A program made the translations under genes and the position numbers. From assembly GCA_002189035.1 (NCBI GenBank), contig NEEC01000010.1, forward strand, positions 2,976,001-3,040,000: a stretch of 64,000 nucleotides of DNA, given 5' to 3'. Positions 12,000 through 24,255 of the stretch are shown here, piece after piece (position 1 is the first letter of the stretch; each line of letters begins with the position of its first letter). Origin of the DNA: Utricularia gibba. Lineage: Eukaryota > Plantae > Magnoliophyta. A model generated the notes under the pieces. The model ran no database searches. It saw nothing but the letters and a program-made list of their open reading frames with translations, and was not told the origin of the DNA.

Positions 12000-13134
12000 C
12001 TAGTTCGGGGAGTCGAAGAGAAATGATTTCAATAGTGCCTGCAGTTCTTTGGATTTCTCATGGACTAGTGAATGCCCAGCATCCTTGATCAATGCCAATT
12101 CCCCATTGTCTCCTAAATGCCTTGACAAAAACGAAGCAAAATAGCTTTAGTTGTTTGTCATCAAGCCGGGAAGTAGAAGAGAGCTTTTCACCTTTTGAGT
12201 CTGTAAGCAAGTTCTACTGGAAAAATCTTGTCTTGATCACCCCAGACAATCAGGGTGGGCTGTTTCATTTGTAAAAGAAGACGCAGAATCATCAATATAC
12301 ATGAAAAATGCGTGGGAGAAACAGAGACTTGGGAAAACGAGTTGAAACCTGTGAGATCTTGGGAAGTTCTGATAGCCCCTGGTTCTCAAAAATGGCTTGA
12401 AGCAGCTGCTTCTTTTCCTTGGCATTTACAGAAAACATCGCCTGCAACAACGAAAAAAATTCGATTAGGAGTTGATAAACTGTGGTGTTCGTTGATATCA
12501 AATGGACACTCACTCGAATGAAGTCATCCAGTAACCACGAAGGGAGTCCGATGGGTGGCTTGACGAATATGTAAGTGAAAAGTTCCTTCAACTTCTCCGC
12601 TGTCTGCGGCAGCAGGAGCTCCGCAGCCTGGTCGACATTGGCCGCGGGGAAGAGTCCCTTCTCAAGGTCGCCATCCTGCAGGCAAACCCCTGCGCAGCAT
12701 ATCACTAGTCTCTCGGCGAACTCCGGGAACTGCACTGCCAAGCTGTAAGCTACAAATCCACCGTAGCTGAGCCCTAGAATCGCCGTCCTGTGTACGGATA
12801 TCATCTCCATCAACCGCTTCACGCACTGAGCCTGAAACGTGACGCTCCGATCAGGTCGTGTGGAGATGGAGTCCCCGAAGAAGACAAGTTCGGGGACGTA
12901 AATGTTGAAGCGACCGATGAGGAACTTGACGGTGGAATTGAACTGCCAGATCGGATTGGAACCGAATCCGTGGAGCAGGAGGAGATTCGGCAGAGTGGGA
13001 TTCGGGACGCGCGGCATCCAGCAGTTCATCAGCGTACCATCTCCGATGTCGGTTACAGCTGCTCGGAGACCCAGATTGTTGAACGAAGCTTTCAGCCAGA
13101 AGTTCCTCAGTCCAACTATGCTCAACCGCCACAT
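12000..13134 (-). CDS. Alpha/beta-fold hydrolase (MhpC-like plant family)
   Basis: LLLLHGFG oxyanion motif, GLSYGG nucleophile elbow, PTLIVWGDQDKIFP acid motif, DAGH catalytic His; stop after FLFDSPN. Confidence 0.92.
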
Positions 13135-14017
13135 CCTTCTTCCACTCCACTGTAACGAAACTGGCTGTTCACGTTATGTATTCCCCATTTATCCGTTCAA
13201 ATCAAACCCTAATCTGTACGGAAAACAACAACAACAACAACAACAAATTCAGGTACAAGAGCGAGCGAGCTCAGAATCCAGAAAGAAGATGGAAGCTGGT
13301 TCATCTAAACCTCTGAATCCAGAACAAGGTCAGCAGGAGTGAAATTTCCCGCTACTAGCAGCCGAAAGAAGAGGCAAAATTCTCGAATATTTCCGAACAA
13401 CTTTCTAACGGAAACAGTGTCGTTTCCATACGTTTCAGGATTAGGGTTCAGATCATCGCTGGTCGAAGAAGACAGTACTCAAATGTGAATCGAGAGAACC
13501 AACTTCTACCGATTACGCGGAGATTATCGTCTCCTGCCCACGAACAACAGGGAGGAGGAGGAGGAGGAGGAGGCGCCAGCCATCGCCACCGGTGATGGTT
13601 AGTAGCGAGCGACAAGAAACAATGGTTTTTTTTATAGCGAAGGGGATCCCAAGGGGTGAAGAGATTCACTTCCAACGGGTGAGATTGAGAACGACCAGGT
13701 AGGTGAAATCTCAGTCGTTGGATTTCATAATAAATCACGACACAGCATTTTTGTAATCGCTCCGTTTGACTTCAGAGTGTCTCTTAATGAATTTAATATT
13801 TTGATCCTATATTTTTTTATATTAAAAATAGAAAATAATAAATATTTATTAACCAAACATGTATGATTTCATTGAAGTGTCTTTATTTCATCTACATAAC
13901 ACATTTTTCAATATATTGAAATCCAAGACATTATACAACATTTCACAAGATTTGATTTTTATGCATCAACCTGCATGTTGGAATTCCAGCCTGCATTTGG
14001 TTCAATTTGATTACAAA

Positions 14018-14095
14018 ATGGCCTCGTTTTGATGAAGAATATGTTCATGAAAAAACATGGCCTCGTTTTGATGAAGAATATGTTCATGAAAAAAC
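14018..14095. repeat. Perfect 39-bp direct tandem duplication
   Basis: ATGGCCTCGTTTTGATGAAGAATATGTTCATGAAAAAAC at 14018-14056 and again at 14057-14095. Confidence 0.95.
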
Positions 14096-14297
14096 ACTCA
14101 CACACCACCAAATTGATCCAAGGAGGAGGCAACAAGACATGCAGGAGGAATAAGGGTGAGTTCCTTCACAGAAGATCCACAGAAACAGATTGGGAGGAGT
14201 GTTCATATGAATCAAAAGGGAAAGGCCACACTAAACAGCACATCGCCATACTGTTAAAACATTAACATGTAAGCAATAGCGTTAGGTATCAAGAGAG

Positions 14298-15620
14298 TTA
14301 CATGAGGGCGATGCTGCTTTCTCCGCCGGGAGGCTTGCGAACTCCGCCGAAATATTCTCGAGATTCCACCTTGCCATCAGCAAAAATGTTGCTTCCACTC
14401 ATTTCCCTCAGTTTGGCAGAGCTAAGCTGCTTCTCTGCAGATGCTTGGGGTGCATCTCCCTTGAATATTCCGTTTCCTGAGAGCTCGGTGAATTTCTGAT
14501 TAGGTATCTTCTTTGAGGTCTTCACCACAGAATCCACACTTGAAGCATTGATCCTCTGCAATGAAGGGTGGATTAGAGCATTGAGGATGACACAATAACC
14601 AAATGCTACGATTGGAAACAACTGATGGATGGTTGTATAGGCTTCTTACATCATGTGGTGCTGGTTCACCAATCACGATGCTTTCTCTTAAAGCCAGAGC
14701 TCGGGCAGCCAATGGTCTGGGTTGAATATCAGGGGGTGGAGCAAAAATATCATGCCCGCTGAGCTCCTTATTTTTGGCATCGGAAATTTGCTTCTTCAGC
14801 TTACACTCAGATTCGCTTTCTAGGTTTCCGCTCAACTCACATTGTTTAGCAACTTCCGGAAGACTGGAAGGTTTCTTGGGGGAGATCGTTTCTTCTTCTC
14901 CAAATGAGATGTGACTAATTCCAGCCACAGTTTGCTAATAACAAAAGGTAGATCATTGAGACGCCAAAGAGAACTCGCCTTCATGACAGGTTGAAAAGGT
15001 ACCTGGTACATGCGCAGGCCAGTCTTATTTGCAGTGGTCTCATCAACATCCGATAATTCATTTTCTCCCTTGCCCTTAAAAATACCACTCCCAGTCATTT
15101 CCTTCATCTTATAGTCAGAGCATGGTTTCCTGGGGCATCAAGATGCAGAAGAAAAAACTCAAACCACAGATCTATGTTGCAGATTAAGGTAGCTCAACTC
15201 AATTCATCTGAACATGACGGGTATCCCAAAGGAACATTTCCCTAAGCTTAAAGAGTTGATCTTTCCATAAATTCTGTGTAAAACAGAACCGGATGAACAT
15301 AAAGAAAGACAGACGAAGTTAGATTCTGAACCTTTTGTTCAAGCTCTCAACCTCCTCATCAGTAACCTGCCCTCCAAACACCACCTTACTGATCCCATCA
15401 GATGGCTGCATTAAACCCCCGACTTCAGGCCAAGTAACAGTAACCCAATTAACAATGCTCAAAAGAAATTTATCAATTAATAACGGGGTGATGACACAGT
15501 GACCTGATGAGACCGGACTGAAGATGGCGGCGCGGGAGAAATCTCCGGTGGAATCTCCGACCAAGCGAGCAGATCTGCAGTGGATGCGTTCGGTTTCCTC
15601 ACAGGCGTCCCTTTCTCCAT
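14298..15620 (-). CDS. DUF4057-family protein (repeated ELSGxxIF motifs), multi-exon
   Basis: MEKGTPVRKPNASTADLLAWSE; QPSDGISKVVFGGQVTDEEVESLNKR; KEMTGSGIF; KELSGHDIFAPP; ELSGNGIFKGD; KLREMSGSNIFADGK; C-terminal GVRKPPGGESSIALM*. Confidence 0.9.
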
Positions 15621-16235
15621 CACCAAACTCTAACGCCAATCGTTTCAGCCTCAGCGCTCCCGGCGAAAAATGCACAGCCCCGAGTTCGCGATTCTTCTCG
15701 CGGCAAGACCCAGCAGATCCGGAGATCAAATGCAGAAACAACAGCGACGCCGACGAGGAGGCCGTCGCCGGAGCAAGGAGAGCTGTGTTCTCACCACTGT
15801 GCTACGATTTTGAAGTTCGAACTCCCGAAGTGGACTAGTGAGAGCGTGTTTTTTTTCAACACGAACACGTTAGGTTTTCATTTTTCCCCTTTTTGCCTGG
15901 AAATTAATTCTTTTTATTTAACCGGGGGGAGCATAACGTCAGCACATGGCTAGGGTTCTGGAAGGTTCCCGTAGTGCCCCTCTGGGACCACCACAAGCAG
16001 ACGCATCCTACTCTGGCCTTCATTCCCAACTGAAGCCCAGGCTATTTATTACTGCTACAACCGCAATTCAGGCCGCAGGCTCGAAGCAGAATCTTGGAAT
16101 AGTTTCTTCCCCGTTGGGCAGTTGTTGCCAAGTAAATCAGGAGATTGAAAAGAAAAAAAATACCTCAAATGGAGAGTTTACTCTCATTTTGAGGTGATTA
16201 ACTTTATTGGCAGACTAGTGGGAGGCCTGGTCTGG

Positions 16236-19200
16236 TTACGGCTTGGCCTCGAGGATGAGAGAGGAGTAAGGGGCCATGTTGTAGGTTTCCTTGACACCTG
16301 GAACTCCTTCAGGTACGATATCATCGGGCGAGTCCAGATTCGTGTCCACCTGCGTTTATTGGGTCGGGTTAGAGGTGGTGGCAAGGGGGCGAGGGAAGCA
16401 AGCAAGAATGCGGGGTTGGCTGAAAATGAAAGAAGAAGACAAACCACTCGGAACCATCTCCTGTTCTGTGGAGGTGGCGGTACGGGAATGTTGACGAAGT
16501 AGCTATGGGCATTGAAGCCCACATACACATCACCTCCGTTTTCCTCGTGAAGCCTGACAAAAACGCAAGCTCTGTATAGCTGAACAAGTGGCCAGTGTGA
16601 GGAATCAGAGGGTTGCTTACGAAAATGCGAGGAATTTGCTATCAGGGTTCTCCCAGTTATCCTCATGCCACGTTACTTCGCTCTGATAGAGAGGAGTTAA
16701 CAATGTTATGTCAAAGAAAGATGAGAATCTAAAGGAAGTAGCCTTACCTTGCCAACGAAGTACTCCCTTGTGAAGATATGGCGACTTCGTCTGAACTGTA
16801 TCATCTGAGAGAAAAATCTGAAAAGATTGCTCTTCTTGTCTTTCAGCTATAGCATAAAAATTTGGTCATCCTTAACACTATGTCCAACATAAAAACCGTA
16901 AACACCGAAGACAAGGAAGGTGAAAGAGCTTACTTGTTCCCATTGAAAGTGATTCAGTGCAGTATCATGCCCGTAACTGTTATTGTTTCCATAACGAGTA
17001 TGGCCATATTCATCTCCCATCAGCATCATGGGCGTGCCCTGAAAAGATTGAATGTGCACAACCTTAAATTTAATATCCTAAAATAAACTGCCACGATGTA
17101 ATGCGTACCTGGGAAGTCATCAGAGCTACATGGAAGTTTTTCATTTGCCTCAACCGTAGTTTATTTATATCACTATCTTCAGTTTCTCCTGATGAAAGGA
17201 AAATATGAGATCATGGTACATAGAACATAGGAAGGGGCAGAGAGGGGCGCATTTATATAACGTTACCTTCAACACCACAATTCCAACTAAAGTTATCATT
17301 GCCACCATCATTTCCTCCTTCTCCATTGGCATCGTTGTGCTGATGTTGATCCGTGGAAAAAACACAAAGCATGAGCCCAATTCAAAATGACCAGAGTATG
17401 GCAACTTGATGCTATTACACACCTTTGAATTATATGAAACAAGATCATACAGTGTGAAGCCATCATGAGCAATCACGAAATTGATGCTATGGGCTGGTTT
17501 ACGATTATGGACCTGCAGAAAGAAGCATAAGTAGTATCTAATCAATAGAAAAGTCAATTGATTATGTGAAACAGGATATCCAAGTTAATTATAATGCTTA
17601 TATAGGCCCTTCACCAAAAACCAAAACACGTTATACGACAGTGGGATATTATAACACATGCATGCTCAAATAATCCGATTAACAAAAACATGCAAACCAC
17701 GAATGGCAAATTATCCTACTATATCCATTTCATGCAAATATGATGCTGTTGGAAATTCCAAGCAATGCCTACATATTGAGCAAGTCAGAGAAAATAATGC
17801 TGCAGATGCCACATTTTTTCACATAACAATGAGGATGTAAGAAGAATAAAATGAAAACTTTCTTACTCTGTAGAGGTCAGCAGAACCAGCAAGCCTAGTT
17901 GCAAAACTTCCTTTCATATTGTTCTCACCCTGAAAATCAGATTTTAAAATAATAAGAGTGATTTCGAATACATACATTTAGCCTGAGAATACTCATTAGA
18001 CACTCAAAAGGAACACAGAAAAGATGCATGCCATATGGGGACCACGTGATGTTTATTAGATTCTCGGTGTGTTTTTAGATGGCCGTGCCTAGAAGATTCC
18101 GGCTTATTTAGGTTCTAATCAAATCTCTATTTGTAGCACCTTTATAAACCTTCTAACATCATCGCGGTACTTCCCATTCCACTCAGCCCACCTGCAAGTA
18201 AATGGATTTGACATGTTACAATTTTCAAGCCACATTCATTCTCAAACAATAATAAATTTATACAGTAAACCAACAATATACTCACTTTCAGTGAGCAGAT
18301 TTTAACACAGCGCAGGTAATCGAAATTACATAATCCAGTACTACAGGTACTAAATGTTGAGAACTTTACACTACTTTCCCAAATACATATAAACGAATAA
18401 AAACTTAGAAATTACCTATCCCAGTTTGGAAATTGTCCAACCAGATATAATCCTCCACAATCCCATGGTTCTGCGATGATTTTGCATCTAGAAAGGACAT
18501 TGTCTTTGGCAATTGCCTGCACCAGCAAGTGTGTGAAACATCATTCCAAGTTTAATATCCATTTACCAAACCGGGCCTCAATTTCCAGAATCCAAGGAAT
18601 TTTATTGGTGCATTGTTTTGGTGATGCATACACAAAGAGGAAGCACTGAAGCAGCAAAAAATTGATTATAAGTGCCACAAAGGGAAGGAAAAAAATAGAA
18701 GAACCAGCATCTTAATGTGCGGGAAAAAGAGATAAAAAAAAACTTTCAAACTACTGCAATTAGGAAACGACTTGATCTGTTCTGAAAAAAAAAAACTATA
18801 AAAATGGAGGCATAAAAACAAATATTGTCCTGGATCGTAACTATCATATTTGCAAGCCAGATGACTGAAGCTCAATATGGCCCATCATGACTTACCCTGA
18901 TCAAAGGAGGAGCATTAAGTGGGGAGCCATCTGTCCACGACAAAGTGCACTTGCAAGATCAAAACGAAACCCATCCACATGATATTCAGAAACCCTTCAC
19001 AAATGACCAATGATTAGAAAAATTCAGGCAGGGAAATTGGAGTTAAAAAAAATACTGCATAAGTACTACAAAATTAATCCTATTTTGCGAAGATAACTTG
19101 TTTGAGCAGAACAACTGTTTTTACTGGAAAATGAATTCAGGATCAAGTCATTTTCAAGAGCTGGATACATCATATCATTAGATGACGCAACATGAAAGGA

Positions 19201-22200
19201 AGTCAAGCCTATACCAGTGCCTCAAGCTTGCGAGCACTAGTTCCATTACAACAGGATGATTACAGTTGAATGTATTACCTAAAAACAGAAATTCCATATT
19301 AGAATAAGCATGAGATGAATACCTGAATACTTACTGATTAAGTTGCAGAAGCTAATCAGAAGTAATTCCATAATGTGAATGAAATTACCACAACCAGAGA
19401 AGTTCAGCAGGCGACCATTGTTATTTATGTCAACCATGTAATATACCTAGAATGTAAGTTACAATCAGATAAACAGGGGGTAGCTAGAATACATGATCTG
19501 TCCCAACATAGCCAAGGTACAACAACCCCTTGGGAAAATTAAATTACGTGAAAAATTTCTGGTAGATTTCCAAACTAAGATATGTATACAATCGCAAAGG
19601 AACATGACGTAACATGATCATAACTGGAAGAAAGATAATCAGATCACAGAGTATCATGAGGTTGTCCAAGAAATATTACCTTGTTATCTATGCCACGAAA
19701 TGAAGTAGTGTATGGGTGCTCATCATCAGCCTCGTTGGTATGGTTATAAACAACATCCAAAATTACCTTAAGAATTAGAAGCATAGCAAGGGTGAGAACC
19801 ACCAGCTTTCAAACTAAAGCTGTAAGCCTTTCCTGTCGTAGAAAAATACCTCAATTCCAGAATCATGCAGCGCTTTAACCATTTGTTTAAACTGACGAGA
19901 AGCACCAACTGGTCCCGCACCATTACTAGCATATCGGGTCATAGGTGCAAAATAATTTATAGTTGAATAACCCCAGGTGTTGACCTTTCAAGAAAAATAA
20001 TTTCAAAACTGGATTGTGTATCAAGTTAATCCATTCAGGTTAAATGGCTTTCGTCAGGAGGTGACCAACTGAACCATACCATGTGATCTCTTGGGTTTGG
20101 ACGCCTTTGAAACTCCATTTCATCATATTCAAAAACTGGAAGCAATTCCACCGCATTAACTCCAAGCTCCACAAGATGAGGTATCTTCACAAAGAAAACA
20201 CTTGAGCGTTGAGATGCAGAAACCATCACGTGTCTCATTTATTAAGGAATATATAAACAAGCATTGCAAAAAGCAATTCGCCTTGGGTTTTTTTAAATAA
20301 TTTTTCCATCTTCAAAACTCATACAAGTTGAGGTGAATGATCAAACTACATTAAGCAACTGTTCGATTCTTGTAGAAACATATTTTGCCATCAATGGGTT
20401 CAAATATCAAGAAAAAACAAGACCGCAACAGAACTTGCAGAGTAAATAGAAGTGAGGTCTTATGGTCTCGAGGTTTTGAATAATTGGAAATCAGTAAGTG
20501 CAAGAAATGCAAAATCATAATTTGACTGCTAACACATTACATTTTTCACTTCTAGTTGGATACATGTCAAGTTCAATGAATGGAATAGAAAAAGAAATAT
20601 ACCTTCTCAATCACCCCCAGGTAGCTTCCTCGTATATCAGAATCCAGCCCACTAGATTCATCTGCTGTAAATGCCCGGACGTTCATTTCATATATTACAA
20701 GATCTTTCTACAAAATCAGGGTATAAAAGATCGTCTTAAAAATGTGAAAGACATCAGGTTCTAAAAATAAATAAATGCAAAATAACTAACTTATATAGCA
20801 ATCTGCAATATTCCTACAGCAATTTTCCATTGAATTCATTATTTGTGACCAAAACAATCATGGCTGCTAATAACATTTCCTTCAACCATTAAATCGAAAA
20901 CTACTAACACTTGTTCCTCTCATGTTACCTCAGGTATGTTAGGAAGCTTATAATTTTCTCCCCAGTCAAAAGGCAAACTATCAAAATCAAATGCTCCGAA
21001 AAACTTTGACATCTTGAACTTGGAATCACCGAAAACTCTGCGACCATCAACTAGTGTTGCATAGGGATCAAGAAGAATATTTCTGCTATCAAACCGGTGA
21101 CCTTGATGCCATTCTTGAGGACCATCAACACGATAACCATATAAGACATCGCTATCTGGCAAGCCCTAACAAAATGCATCCCACTGAATCAGAATTAGCC
21201 TATCAAAGAACAGAACTTGTTAACACCCGCAAGCCTAATCATGCATATACAGCTTGAAGATGAATACGCACCCACACAACTCAACATAAAAAGCAAAGTC
21301 CAAATGATGCTACAATATACGATGTCAAAATCACCTCAATGCAAATGTGCCAAATGTCTCCTGTCTTATTGACTTTCGGATCCAAGGGCAATTCAATCAT
21401 TCCCTGCTCAAATTCATCCTGTGCCATCCTGAATACAAAAGAAAACTTAAATGAGGTAAGTAAGTATTATGAGGGAAAAATTAAGGAGAATTTGAGATCC
21501 TCCATATGCTTAGCGTTATGCTAATCAGGAAAAGAATTGTTTAGGATTCCAGACGTCTGCACGCATGTACTAAAATTGACATAGATAATATTAGCTGACA
21601 AACATTTCACACCTTTCTTGAAGACTTAAGCAGAGGGTAACCGCTGTAGCATGCTGAGAGAAAAGAGCGAAATTAATTCCAGTTTCAAGTTTTGACACTC
21701 CTAGCGGATGTGCTTGACCCGGGAATGTGTTTGGCGCTGAGCTGATGAGCGTTTGGCGTGCTTCCTGGAATTGCAACAAAAACATGGAACTCGAAACATT
21801 GCATGTATGGACATCCACAACTGTAGGGGCAACGCATATGTAACGATACGCTAAGAATGTCAAAAAACAACCGAAAAGCTTCACCTCCTCAACAAGTACA
21901 TCCTTTCTACTAGCCGCTAGGGGTTGAAATGATTTCACATGCTCGCTCATTGAAAGTTCTTCTCTAACCTGTGGCATAAATATTCAGTCCATAAAAATGA
22001 CATACAAACGAAGCGAATCTCCAAAATGTTAACGCTCTCAGCACTAGGCACACACTTCTCCAAATACTTTATTGGAGAACTCCGTCTCAGTGCGCGTGGA
22101 AGATTTCGATTCGCACCTGGAATAAACACCCGCCCGTTTACCAAATCACCAAAAGAAACAGAGAAGTTCCACTCAGAGCATAAATTGGAATAAACAAAAA

Positions 22201-22285
22201 CTAACCGAACGACAACCCGGCGAACACCAAGTGCTGGAGTAACGGAATGAAGACCGTAACTCAGTATCGCAGAACGTGAAAGCAT
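16236..22285 (-). CDS. ISA3: Isoamylase 3 (GH13 starch debranching enzyme, plastidial), many exons; one apparent -1 frameshift at 18935
   Basis: [27 protein letters not shown]; YGYRVDGP; LLDPYA; [24 protein letters not shown]; NTWGYST; [12 protein letters not shown]; [11 protein letters not shown]; [12 protein letters not shown]; [16 protein letters not shown]; [26 protein letters not shown]; end [12 protein letters not shown]. Confidence 0.95.
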
Positions 22286-22422
22286 AGTTCCAAATTCGAC
22301 TTCCCGATCAAGAATGCTCGCCAGAGAGCCTCCTAAACATGGATGCAGAAGCTTGATCAGATCCAAGGAACTCGACACCCGTGATTGGCTGTGGAGGTCT
22401 TGGGATTCAGAGAGCTGCTAAA

Positions 22423-22500
22423 ACGCGCGGGATTTCGGACACGTGGATACGATGACGCGAAATATCTGGTACGAAAATGCAACCGTTTCTCCACACGTGT
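22423..22500. promoter_or_regulatory. G-box/ABRE pair plus CGCG element upstream of ISA3
   Basis: ACACGTGG 22439-22446, ACACGTGT 22493-22500, ACGCGCGG 22423-22430, about 140-215 bp upstream of the ISA3 ATG. Confidence 0.5.
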
Positions 22501-22724
22501 CACCACCCGCTAACACTTTGCAAAGCAACGGAACGTTGTTTTAAATGCAAACTGTTGTTTTGAGTCGTTTCCGGTTGCAGGAATGTTTTGAAAGATTGGG
22601 GAGTTGTTTCAGCCCAACAATTGAATTCAAACGAGTATTTCAGGATCAGTAATGAACACGAGAAGGGGAAAACTGGGAGATCTGGAAACAGGTACAGTGC
22701 TCATCAAAAAACGGAATACTAAAC

Positions 22725-23736
<1,012 letters not shown>

Positions 23737-23783
23737 TGTAGATAGCAGCTAGAAGAGTTCCCGCGGCTGCCGATGTGAAGATG

Positions 23784-23902
23784 AAACCCTAGATCAGAGT
23801 AGCACGACTTCGCAACTTCTAATGGACTATTCCTGGACACAGAAAACCATATAATGGGCTTTGGTTAAAAAAAACATGTGATGGGCTCTCCCGTAGACCC
23901 AT
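23784..23902. promoter_or_regulatory. Telo-box and site II elements of the RPS11 promoter
   Basis: AAACCCTA 23784-23791; TGGGCT at 23855 and 23882. This is the usual ribosomal-protein promoter combination in plants. Confidence 0.6.
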
Positions 23903-24255
23903 ATTGATGAACCCTTTTTTCTAATTTTGTTGGATTAATAAAATGTACTTTAAAAAAACATTATTGAGAGTTTGAACATTTATAGAAAAATTCTAGAAGT
24001 TTTGATTTGTCCAGACAATGACTGGATGCCAACCAATGGCGACTCGGACAAGACGAAGGCGAACCAAGAGAACATGGATCAGCACTCAAAGAACGCCCGC
24101 CCTTGAGAAGGAAGAATTCATTCATTGCCCTCTGGTAGCAGTATCACCCTGCCACTTCTTCTTCCTTGCAAGCCATGAACCAACAAGCACAAGCACATGC
24201 ACACCATTTTTCCCAGGAACCGCTTTGATGGTCATTCTGGTAGGCAGGAAGTGTA

